The notes beneath the pieces are model-generated. The model saw only the letters and a program-made list of their open reading frames with translations. It did not search any database and had not been told where the DNA came from. A stretch of DNA of 64,000 bases from Microgenomates group bacterium (GTDB lineage: Bacteria; Patescibacteriota; Microgenomatia; PFEM01; JBNASD01), in contig JBNASD010000001.1 in assembly GCA_049720225.1 (NCBI GenBank), positions 396,815 to 460,814 on the forward strand. The letters run 5' to 3'. Shown here piece by piece: positions 1 to 8,102 of this stretch. Made by a program: the position numbers and the translations under genes. Numbering within the stretch: position 1 is the stretch's first letter; the number at the start of each line of letters is the position of its first letter.

Positions 1-149
1 CGAGAAATCTTCTGTTCAATTTTAATATCTTTTAAGCCAATTTTACTTCCAGGAAAAAAAATATTTAAATTAAATTCTTTTGGGAGGTCAACAAAAATTG
101 CTCCCAAAGTAATAATTAAAATTAACCAAAATATTTTTTTTGGTTTCAT
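1..149 (-). CDS. secD: Probable protein translocase subunit SecD, N-terminal part (runs off window)
   Basis: ATG at 149 overlaps the TGA of the upstream ORF (ATGA). Manual translation MKPKKIFWLILIITLGAIFVDLPKEF..., an N-terminal TM helix resembling CPR SecD starts. Only about 50 codons are visible. Confidence 0.55.
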   Translation of the reverse strand, partial: MKPKKIFWLILIITLGAIFVDLPKEFNLNIFFPGSKIGLKDIKIEQKIS

Positions 150-340
150 TTTTTCTTAGAAAAATTTTTAACTAGACTCAACTGGCGACAACCAGAAAAG
201 CTATAAGTTATTTTTCCTTTTTCTGGATCAGGAAAAACTTTCACTTCGTCTCCTGGTTTTATCCCTACTGCCTGAACAAAAAAAGAAGGAATCGTCACCG
301 CTAAACTATTACCCGTTTTAATTACTTTTTGTTTTCCCAT
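146..340 (-). CDS. AbrB/MazE/SpoVT-family DNA-binding protein
   Basis: KVIKTGNSLAVTIP...GIKPGDEV is the swapped-hairpin signature. Confidence 0.85.
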   Translation of the reverse strand: MGKQKVIKTGNSLAVTIPSFFVQAVGIKPGDEVKVFPDPEKGKITYSFSGCRQLSLVKNFSKKK

Positions 341-916
341 TTAAATGATTAAATCCATTTCATCGCCAAAAATTATAATTCTTGCATCTGTTAAAATTCC
401 TAAAAGAAATGGATCGTGACGCTTCTTTCGAAAATCTAATTCCTCTTTAGTCATTACTGTATAATTAATTTCCCGACCAACCTTTTCCTCTTGTTGACGA
501 ATAATTTCCGCTAGATTATTTAAATTTATTTCTCCCACAATCAAAAGATCAACTGCTCCCTGTTTAGTCGGTAATCCTCGCGCAAATCGACCAGAAATCA
601 TTATCAATTTTACCTTTCCAATCTTATTTCTATTTTTTAAAAGTTCTCCCCCTAAACCGGCAGTTTTATTAAATAACGAAAGTAAATCACCAAATAAAAT
701 ATGATTTTTATTAATCCAATAATAAATTCTGTTTCCTCGAGTTTCTTTTTGAACAATCCCCTCTTTCTCCAGTTTAGTTAACTCTCGACGTACCGCATTT
801 ATTTCTTCACCGGTTAATTTTACTAATTGCCGAATATAAAATAACTCTTGTGGTTGAGTAACTAAAATTTCCAATATCTTCCTTCGACACCGTGAAATAA
901 TCAAGGACTGAAGCAT
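341..916 (-). CDS. Winged-HTH (ArsR-like) protein with a C-terminal degenerate nucleotidyltransferase-like domain
   Basis: N-terminal wHTH (YIRQLVKLTGEEINAVRRELTKLEKEGIV); C-terminal SGRFARG...VDLLIVG resembles the MNT fold. The ATG at 916 is preferred over the TTG at 946. Confidence 0.7.
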   Translation of the reverse strand: MLQSLIISRCRRKILEILVTQPQELFYIRQLVKLTGEEINAVRRELTKLEKEGIVQKETRGNRIYYWINKNHILFGDLLSLFNKTAGLGGELLKNRNKIGKVKLIMISGRFARGLPTKQGAVDLLIVGEINLNNLAEIIRQQEEKVGREINYTVMTKEELDFRKKRHDPFLLGILTDARIIIFGDEMDLII

Positions 917-948
917 TTTTTCTTCTTTCTGGGCAGGAAAATTCAAAA

Positions 949-2139
949 TTAATAATTAACTTCTCTTCCTATCGGTAATATTTCTATCCAAATCAAACCA
1001 CGATTAAAAGTAATTTCTTTTCCTTTACTGTCAAAAAATCTGGTTCTTGCCTGACGATTCTCCTTTTTCCAAGTTCCTTTAATTACTTGACCATCTTGAA
1101 AAACTAAAGCATTCCCCTGACCAGTAGTTTTATAAAGCATATGTTTTAATTCGTCAATCGGTCCTTTTTCTTCCATAAATTGAATTACAATTACTTTTGC
1201 TTGCAGTTGAGAATTATTATTTAAATCATTATGGGGTTGACCACCATTAAATCTTAGATAAGAATTATTTTCTTTATCATATTCCCATCTTACTGAATAA
1301 TCTTTATAGCCGGCCCAAAAATCAAATTCAATTGATCCTACCTCACCCCGATCCTGAGGTTTTGCTTCGTCTTTAAATTTCCAAGAAACAAAATTTTTAT
1401 TCCAAAAATTTCCTTCTTTATCTTTTTCCTCTAAACCTCGCTTAGAAGCTACTTCCCAAAGTTTTTCCGTAGAGGAATAAACTGTATGTTCGGTAGCTAC
1501 AGGATGACCGATTCTTTCATAATCTCGCCAATAAACTGGATACCCTAAAGCAAATTGATTTAAATCATTTCCTTTTTTAAGCCAACCATACTGTTCGATC
1601 TGCCCTAGCGCATCGGCAGGTCCTGGTTTATTTGCTCCCCCCACATGAGCATATAAAGGATAATCGCCATATTCAGAAGCAAAATCCATAAAATAAGTTC
1701 GCGCTGACCTAACTGGCCCAATAATCACTTCCTCTGCGGCCGCTCCACAATAAAAAACTGCCAAAAATCTGGTAATTCCCCCTTCCGCTACCGCTTCATA
1801 AATTACATCCGCTTTTGATAGGCCTGATTGGGGACGAGAATCTTGATGATTTTCAATCATCACCGTTAAAGGTCTTCTTTTTTCCCAAATTTCTTTTTCT
1901 CCTTTGGTAAACAGAGCGCCGTTTAGAGGACAAACCTCAGTTTTGGGAGCTGATAAATCAACCTTAAATCCTGATTTTTTTTCTTCTTTTTCTTCAATCG
2001 GCGATAAAATCAAGGGGTTCTCTGAAGAATTTAAGAAATACTTAAATCCGGCATAAGAAATTCCCGCTGATAATAAATAAAGAAATATTCCGCCTAAAAT
2101 GGTAAAAATAATTTTTTTATTTTTTGATTTTTCTAGCAT
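949..2139 (-). CDS. DUF3048 (YerB-like) membrane-anchored protein
   Basis: VMIENH..RPQSGLSKADVIYEAVAEGGITRF and GPVRSAR motifs; N-terminal TM segment. Confidence 0.85.
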   Translation of the reverse strand: MLEKSKNKKIIFTILGGIFLYLLSAGISYAGFKYFLNSSENPLILSPIEEKEEKKSGFKVDLSAPKTEVCPLNGALFTKGEKEIWEKRRPLTVMIENHQDSRPQSGLSKADVIYEAVAEGGITRFLAVFYCGAAAEEVIIGPVRSARTYFMDFASEYGDYPLYAHVGGANKPGPADALGQIEQYGWLKKGNDLNQFALGYPVYWRDYERIGHPVATEHTVYSSTEKLWEVASKRGLEEKDKEGNFWNKNFVSWKFKDEAKPQDRGEVGSIEFDFWAGYKDYSVRWEYDKENNSYLRFNGGQPHNDLNNNSQLQAKVIVIQFMEEKGPIDELKHMLYKTTGQGNALVFQDGQVIKGTWKKENRQARTRFFDSKGKEITFNRGLIWIEILPIGREVNY

Positions 2140-2581
2140 TTTTAATTGCCTCCATTTCTTCTGTTGATAATTGATAATTAACGCCTTTACCGTTTTTAAC
2201 TGGTTTAGCGTAAATTCTGGTAATTTCTCGACTGTGTAAAGAAGAAATCACCAAACCATTGTCCTCACCATCTAATAATGCTAAAGAAAAACTTTGATTT
2301 CCTCCGGTATCAGCAAAAGGATTAAAACGCACTAAACCAATTTTTTGAATATTTTTTAAATTCTCTTTTTCTAATCTATTAAGAGTTTTAATAACCTCGT
2401 TAATTCTTTGTGAATCATATTTTAAATTACTTAAAATTTTTTCTAAAACAGATTTTAAATCTTTTTTTTCTACCCCCTCGGTGAGTTTTTTATAATGGTT
2501 AACAGTCTTAAAAAGAAAAAAAGTCAAAAAAACTAACCAAATTAAAAGAAAAATTTCTCCACCAATTAGCAATTTTTCCAT
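2117..2581 (-). CDS. DUF4446 family protein
   Basis: N-terminal TM plus coiled coil; GLVRFNPFADTGGNQSFSLALLD and YAKP motifs. Confidence 0.85.
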   Translation of the reverse strand: MEKLLIGGEIFLLIWLVFLTFFLFKTVNHYKKLTEGVEKKDLKSVLEKILSNLKYDSQRINEVIKTLNRLEKENLKNIQKIGLVRFNPFADTGGNQSFSLALLDGEDNGLVISSLHSREITRIYAKPVKNGKGVNYQLSTEEMEAIKNARKIKK

Positions 2582-2590
2582 TCTCTCTTG

Positions 2591-2619
2591 ATTTTAAATT
2601 CCCAACGTGATATTGTCAA
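2591..2619 (-). promoter_or_regulatory. Sigma70 promoter for the DUF4446-DUF3048-wHTH-AbrB-secD operon
   Basis: TTGACA-17 nt-TAAAAT, ending 9 nt before the ATG at 2581. A weaker divergent TTGATT-17-TATTGT overlaps it on the + strand. Confidence 0.75.
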
Positions 2620-2625
2620 TATGAA

Positions 2626-2913
2626 ATGTCTAAAAAAAGAAAAACCCGGCAACAGAAAATTATCCTTAGTCTTAAACGACAATTAGTAAAACAACAAGTT
2701 ACTCCTCTCAAAGAAAAAAAAGTAACCCCTCATCAAGAGGAAATCTCTTTTTCTAAAAATAAAAAACTTCCCGAAATCAAAAGTAAAGAAGAAAACGATA
2801 ATTCAATCTTTTTTTATGATCCATCATTAGTCAAAAAAGATCTTTTTAAAACTTTAGTTATCAGTCTGGCTATTTTTAGCCTCCAGATTGTGTTATACTT
2901 AAAATTAAGATAA
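2626..2913 (+). CDS. Hypothetical protein, basic N-terminus with C-terminal TM anchor
   Basis: 95-aa ORF ending in a hydrophobic helix (TLVISLAIFSLQIVLYL). Confidence 0.65.
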   Translation: MSKKRKTRQQKIILSLKRQLVKQQVTPLKEKKVTPHQEEISFSKNKKLPEIKSKEENDNSIFFYDPSLVKKDLFKTLVISLAIFSLQIVLYLKLR

Positions 2914-2939
2914 ATTAAAGAAAGGAGGTGAACTTTTAA

Positions 2940-3086
2940 ATGGCAAGCTTTTATTGTGTAAAGTGCCGAGCGAAAAAAGAAGTTTCTGACGACAAAGTAG
3001 AGCATGTTACCATGAAAAATGGTAAACCAGCTTCTAAAGCAACCTGCCCTGATTGTGGCACCAAAATGTTTAAGATTGGAAAATAA
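2940..3086 (+). CDS. DUF5679-like small zinc-ribbon protein (48 aa, not in ORF track)
   Basis: SD AAGGAGGTG at 2922-2930. Translation MASFYCVKCRAKKEVSDDKVEHVTMKNGKPASKATCPDCGTKMFKIGK, with two CxxC pairs. Confidence 0.9.
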   Translation: MASFYCVKCRAKKEVSDDKVEHVTMKNGKPASKATCPDCGTKMFKIGK

Positions 3087-3115
3087 TTTTTTGGAATAAA
3101 ACAAAAACCTATAAA

Positions 3116-3140
3116 AACAACCCGCCAATGGCGGGTTGTT
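3116..3140. terminator. Probable bidirectional terminator hairpin
   Basis: Perfect 11-bp inverted repeat AACAACCCGCC-AAT-GGCGGGTTGTT between convergent small ORFs. Confidence 0.75.
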
Positions 3141-3163
3141 CATTTTAAAAATTTTTCTATTTT

Positions 3164-3244
3164 TTATCTTTTTTTTCCTTTTTTAGTAGTTTTTTTAACG
3201 GTTCTTTTGGTGGTTTTTTTCCTTGTTTTACAAGCCCTTGGCAT
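3164..3244 (-). CDS. 26-aa Lys/Arg/Thr-rich small basic peptide (not in ORF track)
   Basis: SD AAAGGAGGTG upstream of the ATG; MPRACKTRKKTTKRTVKKTTKKGKKR*. Has its own promoter upstream and a terminator downstream. Confidence 0.7.
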   Translation of the reverse strand: MPRACKTRKKTTKRTVKKTTKKGKKR

Positions 3245-3265
3245 TTTTTTACCACCTCCTTTAAT

Positions 3266-3312
3266 CAAAAAAAAGGACCCTTTTTTAAATAAAAATTAGG
3301 GTCCTTTTTTTG
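3266..3312 (-). promoter_or_regulatory. Terminator-like hairpin in the leader of the small basic peptide
   Basis: On the minus strand, AAAAAAAGGACCCT...AGGGTCCTTTTTTTT lies directly before the SD. Confidence 0.55.
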
Positions 3313-3336
3313 GGCAGTTTTTTCATTGTTTATTTT

Positions 3337-3376
3337 AAGATACAAAATTGAAAAACAATTTGTCAAGTATTATAAT
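3337..3376. promoter_or_regulatory. Overlapping divergent sigma70 promoters (rnpB on +, small peptide on -)
   Basis: + strand TTGAAA(3348)-17-TATAAT(3371); - strand TTGACA(3366)-18-TATCTT(3342). Confidence 0.7.
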
Positions 3377-3384
3377 TTAATTTA

Positions 3385-3680
3385 CCTAGAAAACCGGGTA
3401 GTTGCCCCGACGCAAGGTCGGGGAGGAAAGTCCAGACAGCAAAAGGCAGGGTGGTCGCCGAAAGGCGGACATTCCAAACGAGTAATCGTTTGGGACTAGA
3501 TAGGGCCACAGAGACGAGTAGCTCCGACGTAAAGTCGGGACGAGCTGAAACGAGGCAACCCTCCCTGCTGCAATCTCAGATGGGGTAGGCGCCTTTCCAA
3601 AAAACCCAGGTTGAGAGCGTCAGATTAATAACTACCTATCCCTAAGGGAAAAACAGAATCTGGCTTACGAGTTTTCTAGG
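3385..3680 (+). ncRNA. rnpB: RNase P RNA
   Basis: Universal GAGGAAAGUCC and ACAGAA..GGCUUA motifs; CCACAGAGACG and UGAAACG elements; P1 pairing CCUAGAAAAC/GUUUUCUAGG; GC-rich hairpins in an AT-rich context. Confidence 0.95.
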
Positions 3681-4654
3681 CGAGAAGAAACTATTGTTTC
3701 AATTAAAATTACCATCGGTAAGGAAATCACTGCCCCTGCTACCCCCCCCAACTTAAAACCAACTAACAAAGCAAAAATGGTAATTAAAGGATTTAAACCT
3801 ACTTCTTTTGACATCACCTGAGGAACAATAATATGATTTTCTAGTTGTTGAACTAAAAAGTATAAAGCCGCCACTGCTAATCCCGTCAAAGGCGAAACTC
3901 CAAAACCAATCAAAATTGCTGGAATTGAAGATAATACTGGCCCAATATTAGGAACCACCTCTAATAAACCTGCTAAAATTGCCAAAGGCAAAGCAAACTC
4001 TATTCCTAAAAGCAATAAACCAAAATAAATCATTATCCCTACAATTAACATTAAGGTTAATTGGGCCCTCACCCATTCTCCCAATCTTTTTTCAATCTTA
4101 TTAATCAATTTTTTAATTTTTGTTCCTGAAGATCCAAAAAAACGTAAAAGATAATCATCAAGCTTTTTTCTTTCTAAAAGTAAATAAAAACTAACAAAGA
4201 AGATAACAAAAATTGTCATTAAATTACCAAAAAAACTAAAAGTATAACGCACGATGTCTAATGAAGCAGAACTTAATTTTTCTAAAAGAAAATTAAGTTG
4301 ATTAGTCAAAAACTTTTCTCCAATTCCCCAAACTTTTAAAGTACGATAGTATTCGGGTAAATGAGAAGTCAAAATTTTAGTTTGATCTATTAAAGCGGGA
4401 ATTATTCCTGCAATTAAAAGCCCTACAATAATTAACACTAAAAAATAAACTAATAAAACAGCGGCAACCCGAGGAATTTTTAGTTTTTCTATTCTTTCTA
4501 CTAAAGGATTAAGAGCAGACATTAAAATCAAACCACCAAAAAAAGTCAGTAAAATTGATCGAATTAAATAAAGAAAATAAAGAAAAACTAAAAATAAAAC
4601 CGTAAAAATAATAGTTCGGTGAGAAATTTCAATTTTTAGGATTTTTTCTTTCAT
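3665..4654 (-). CDS. AI-2E family transporter (PerM/YhhT-like)
   Basis: Multi-TM protein with VVPNIGP and QQLENHIIVPQVM...GLNP motifs. Confidence 0.9.
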   Translation of the reverse strand: MKEKILKIEISHRTIIFTVLFLVFLYFLYLIRSILLTFFGGLILMSALNPLVERIEKLKIPRVAAVLLVYFLVLIIVGLLIAGIIPALIDQTKILTSHLPEYYRTLKVWGIGEKFLTNQLNFLLEKLSSASLDIVRYTFSFFGNLMTIFVIFFVSFYLLLERKKLDDYLLRFFGSSGTKIKKLINKIEKRLGEWVRAQLTLMLIVGIMIYFGLLLLGIEFALPLAILAGLLEVVPNIGPVLSSIPAILIGFGVSPLTGLAVAALYFLVQQLENHIIVPQVMSKEVGLNPLITIFALLVGFKLGGVAGAVISLPMVILIETIVSSRLENS

Positions 4655-5651
4655 CTAGCCATTCTTTAACTTTTTTAATTACTTTATTTTGCCAACTTTT
4701 TTGAGTAATGTCAAACCAAATTATCCTTTTTTCTTTTTTAAACCAGGTTATCTGTCGACGAGCATATCCATGTTCAGCAAATTGCCAACGTTTTATCACT
4801 TCAATTTTATTAATTTTGCCTTCAAAAAAATCTTTCCATTCTTTATAACCAATTGTTGTTCCTAAAACCGAATTTTTCCAATTATAGCCACTTTCAATTA
4901 AATCTTTAATTTCTTTTTCTATTCCTTGGGTTATTCTTTCTTCTACCCGTTGATCAATTCGTTGATAAAGAAATTTAGAAGGAGCTCGCAAACCGATCAT
5001 AAGGAAATCTTTTTGAAATTTCAATTTCTGATTTTCTACTTGAAGTGAATTTTTAATTTTTGAATTTTTAATTATTTCAATAGCGCGAATAAGACGACGA
5101 GGGTTTTTTCGATCACTTTCATTCATTTTTTGCCACCGATGGGGAGCTAACTGCTGAATTATTTTCTGAAGTTTTTCAATTCCCCATTTCTCTAATTTTT
5201 TTCTTAATTCCCAATCGGGAGGAATTCCTAAAGTTTCTATTCCATCAACTACTCCCTTAATATAAAATCCTGTTCCCCCTACTAAAATCGGTAGTTTTTC
5301 TTGCCGCCAAATATTTTCGATTACTAAGTTAGCACATTTTACATAATCGGCAACATTAAATTGATAATTTGGTTCTACGACATCATAAAGCCATACCTTA
5401 ACTCCACTAATCTCATAATACCCAATAGTGGATTTTGAATTTTGAAATTTTAATTTTTTAATTTGTTTAGAATTTAGAATTTTGAATTTAGAATTTGCAG
5501 GTAAATCTTTGCCCGTACCGATATCCATTCCTTTATAAACCTGCCGAGAATCAGCGGAAACAATTTCCCCGTTAAATTTTTTTGCCAGTTTTATCCCCAA
5601 TGCAGTCTTTCCGGTGGCAGTGGGTCCGCAAATAACTAAAAGCCTATTCAT
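4629..5651 (-). CDS. miaA: tRNA dimethylallyltransferase
   Basis: GPTATGKT, SADSRQVYKGMDIGT, VGGTGFY, YARRQITWF; carries two low-complexity inserts. Confidence 0.95.
   Translation of the reverse strand: MNRLLVICGPTATGKTALGIKLAKKFNGEIVSADSRQVYKGMDIGTGKDLPANSKFKILNSKQIKKLKFQNSKSTIGYYEISGVKVWLYDVVEPNYQFNVADYVKCANLVIENIWRQEKLPILVGGTGFYIKGVVDGIETLGIPPDWELRKKLEKWGIEKLQKIIQQLAPHRWQKMNESDRKNPRRLIRAIEIIKNSKIKNSLQVENQKLKFQKDFLMIGLRAPSKFLYQRIDQRVEERITQGIEKEIKDLIESGYNWKNSVLGTTIGYKEWKDFFEGKINKIEVIKRWQFAEHGYARRQITWFKKEKRIIWFDITQKSWQNKVIKKVKEWLDERKNPKN
5431..5496. repeat. Heptamer tandem repeat inside miaA
   Basis: (A/T)GAATTT x4 at 5469-5496 plus degenerate copies; encodes NSKFKILNSKQIKKLKFQNSKS. Confidence 0.75.
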
Positions 5652-6780
5652 TTTTGGTTAAATTTATCTTTTTTTTATTAATTAAATTCTCCAAAATTTG
5701 CCATCTTCTTTTTTTCTCTTCTGGTGAAACATCGTCTTTTAGGTGATAAGCGGCAGTTCCTGGTCGGGGAGAATATCTAGCAATATAAGCTTTTTCAAAA
5801 CCAACCTTTTGACAAAGTTTCACCGTATTTTCAAAAGCTTTTTTTGTTTCTCCTGGAAAACCAACAATAATATCAGTGGTAATTTTAATTTCCGGAATTT
5901 TTTGGCGAATTTTTTTAACTAATTCAAGATATTGTTTTGCAGTGTAAGGACGATTCATTTTTCGTAAAATTTCATCATCGCCCGATTGCACCGGTAAATG
6001 AAGAGTTTTATCAATTTTCGGCAGATTCATTGCTTCAATAATATCATCGGTTAAATCCCAAGGGTTTGAAGTAATAAAAGAAATTTTTTTAATTCCTGGA
6101 ATATCATGTAAAATTGCTAAAAGTAAAGCAAATGGAGTTTTAAATTTTTTCTTGTATTTTTGAATTTTTAATCTTAATTTTGAATTTTTAGTTTTTAATT
6201 TTAAATTCTTTTGATCCTTTCCGTAAGAATTAACATTTTGTCCTAATAAAGTAAGATGTTGATATCCTCGACGTGCCAATTCTTCTGCCTCACAAACTAT
6301 TTCTTCCAATGGTCGACTAATTTCTTTTCCTCGAGCATAAGGAACCACGCAATAAGTACAAAAATGATCACATCCCTCCATAATTGTTATGTAAGCATGA
6401 AATCTGTCTTCTCGTTTTGGTTCTATCTTTTCCTCTCCAATTAGTTCTTGAATGGTCTTGAATTCATCAACCTCTGGTAATTTTCGCTTTAACTCCTCTA
6501 AACTATACCGCCGACGCTCTCCTAAGGCTGAACCAACCATACACCCAGTTAAAACAATTTTAAATTCTGATTTTAAATTTTTAAATTTTTTGAGGTTTCT
6601 TATTAATCCAAATACTCGATTTTCTGCGCTCTCTCTCACTGAACAAGAATTAATAATTACCACATCGGCTTCTTCAATTTTTGCGGCTGGTTTATATCCT
6701 TTTTTCTCCATCACCGCCGCAATTTTTTCCGAATCCGCAAAATTCATTTGACAACCAAAGGTTTTAATAAAATATCTCAT
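5644..6780 (-). CDS. miaB: MiaB-like radical SAM tRNA methylthiotransferase (no evident TRAM domain)
   Basis: TFGCQMN, NSCSVRE, GCM N-terminal cysteines; CDHFCTYC; LGQNVNSYG; HLPVQSGDD; adjacent to miaA. Confidence 0.88.
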   Translation of the reverse strand: MRYFIKTFGCQMNFADSEKIAAVMEKKGYKPAAKIEEADVVIINSCSVRESAENRVFGLIRNLKKFKNLKSEFKIVLTGCMVGSALGERRRYSLEELKRKLPEVDEFKTIQELIGEEKIEPKREDRFHAYITIMEGCDHFCTYCVVPYARGKEISRPLEEIVCEAEELARRGYQHLTLLGQNVNSYGKDQKNLKLKTKNSKLRLKIQKYKKKFKTPFALLLAILHDIPGIKKISFITSNPWDLTDDIIEAMNLPKIDKTLHLPVQSGDDEILRKMNRPYTAKQYLELVKKIRQKIPEIKITTDIIVGFPGETKKAFENTVKLCQKVGFEKAYIARYSPRPGTAAYHLKDDVSPEEKKRRWQILENLINKKKINLTKNE

Positions 6781-6840
6781 ATATGGAATTTATTTAAAGA
6801 ATTTTTCCAGAAAATTTATTTATGATAAAATTATTCCTTT

Positions 6841-7497
6841 TCAAAATTGAAATTTTTCTTTTTTTAAGTAAGAAATGTTTTTAAAAAAACTGGTTAGAAA
6901 AATAATTAATAAAAAAAGAGAGCTAACAAAAAAAACCCAATCGGCTAAAGAAAGATTAAATTTAAAGAGGGTTAATTTTTTATTTTTTAAAAACCAAATT
7001 AAAATATTAAAAATAATCAGTAAAAATCTTCCTTCCGTTCCTCCTATTTTCCCATAAGAAAGATAAAAAACTTTACTTACTGAATGAATTAAATAGGCGT
7101 TAATCATTAAAAGAAGAATTAAGGAAAGAAAAATTATCGCCCAAAAAGTATCCGTTAAAGGAGAAAAATAAATTCCTAAAATCACTCCCGTCACCGCTGT
7201 AGAATCTAAAAGATGATCAAGATAATAACCATAATTTGGGCGAGATTTTCCTCTAAACTTTGCTAATTTTCCATCTAATCCATCGGCTAGCCAATGATAA
7301 AAAATTAAAAAGTTAATTAACCAAAGTAGGTTTAAATTTTTTCCTGCTAAATAATAAATCAACCCAGAAAAAATAAAAGCAAAAAATGCAGAAAAAGAAA
7401 GCATATCCGGAGTAATCCATGAAGGAATTTTTTTTACTACTCCCCAGAGAAACTTTTCTTCCCACTGACTAAAAAAACCAAAATTTACTCGTTTCAT
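6841..7497 (-). CDS. CDP-alcohol phosphatidyltransferase family protein
   Basis: DGLDGKLAK...GYYLDHLLD signature. Confidence 0.9.
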   Translation of the reverse strand: MKRVNFGFFSQWEEKFLWGVVKKIPSWITPDMLSFSAFFAFIFSGLIYYLAGKNLNLLWLINFLIFYHWLADGLDGKLAKFRGKSRPNYGYYLDHLLDSTAVTGVILGIYFSPLTDTFWAIIFLSLILLLMINAYLIHSVSKVFYLSYGKIGGTEGRFLLIIFNILIWFLKNKKLTLFKFNLSLADWVFFVSSLFLLIIFLTSFFKNISYLKKEKFQF

Positions 7498-7710
7498 TTT
7501 TCTAATTTTATCATTTTGAATTTAATTTTGAAAGAATTTACTTATCTTTTTTTGAGAAAAAAGCAAAAGTGTTAAAAGTAAGCTTAAGGAAATTTTTTCT
7601 TATTTATTTGGTTTTTTCTGATTTAAAAGAAAAAGCAAAAATCGCCCGTGAAAGAAAAAAGAAAAGATTAACACTCTTTAGAAATTTTTTAAGTCTAAAG
7701 AAAAAAACAT

Positions 7711-8100
7711 TTGAATAGCATACTATCAAAATGGGGAATAGTTAATTTTACGCTTCAAGGAATAGAACTTGTCGATAACCAAACAAGTCAGTTTAGACTA
7801 ATAATTGAAGTAGATGATCCCATCTTTATTAAAGCTATCGAAGATAATAATCCGCCGACGATAAGATACAAAATTACGAATTCCATAGATGAACTTGATG
7901 CTGACTTTTTACTCGTTGAAGTAGATTCGAAAATAGTAATAAGAACAAGCGGAATAATTTTTCCTAAAATAGATAATATTAAGGGACTATTCGATCAACT
8001 TTATGATCGTGGTTATAGAATAAAAGAAAAGACAGAAACACCATCTTTCTTAGAACCATTTCAACCATGGAAAGAATTAGTCAAGGAAAAAAATAAATGA
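7711..8100 (+). CDS. Hypothetical orphan protein, start uncertain
   Basis: 129-aa open frame with globular-like composition, TTG start and ATA-rich codon usage unlike its neighbours. Confidence 0.5.
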   Translation: MNSILSKWGIVNFTLQGIELVDNQTSQFRLIIEVDDPIFIKAIEDNNPPTIRYKITNSIDELDADFLLVEVDSKIVIRTSGIIFPKIDNIKGLFDQLYDRGYRIKEKTETPSFLEPFQPWKELVKEKNK

Positions 8101-8102
8101 AC

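Noticed and set aside
2814-3143. 109-aa minus-strand ORF in the track
   Set aside because: It is the antisense shadow of the DUF5679-like gene, which has a strong SD and CxxC motifs, and it starts inside the terminator.
5431-5496. Possible CRISPR array or phase-variation tract
   Set aside because: Units are 7 nt with no spacers, and no cas genes are present; reported as a coding repeat instead.
7569-7718. 49-codon GTG-started frame upstream of the orphan ORF
   Set aside because: Low complexity, no SD, no recognisable motif.
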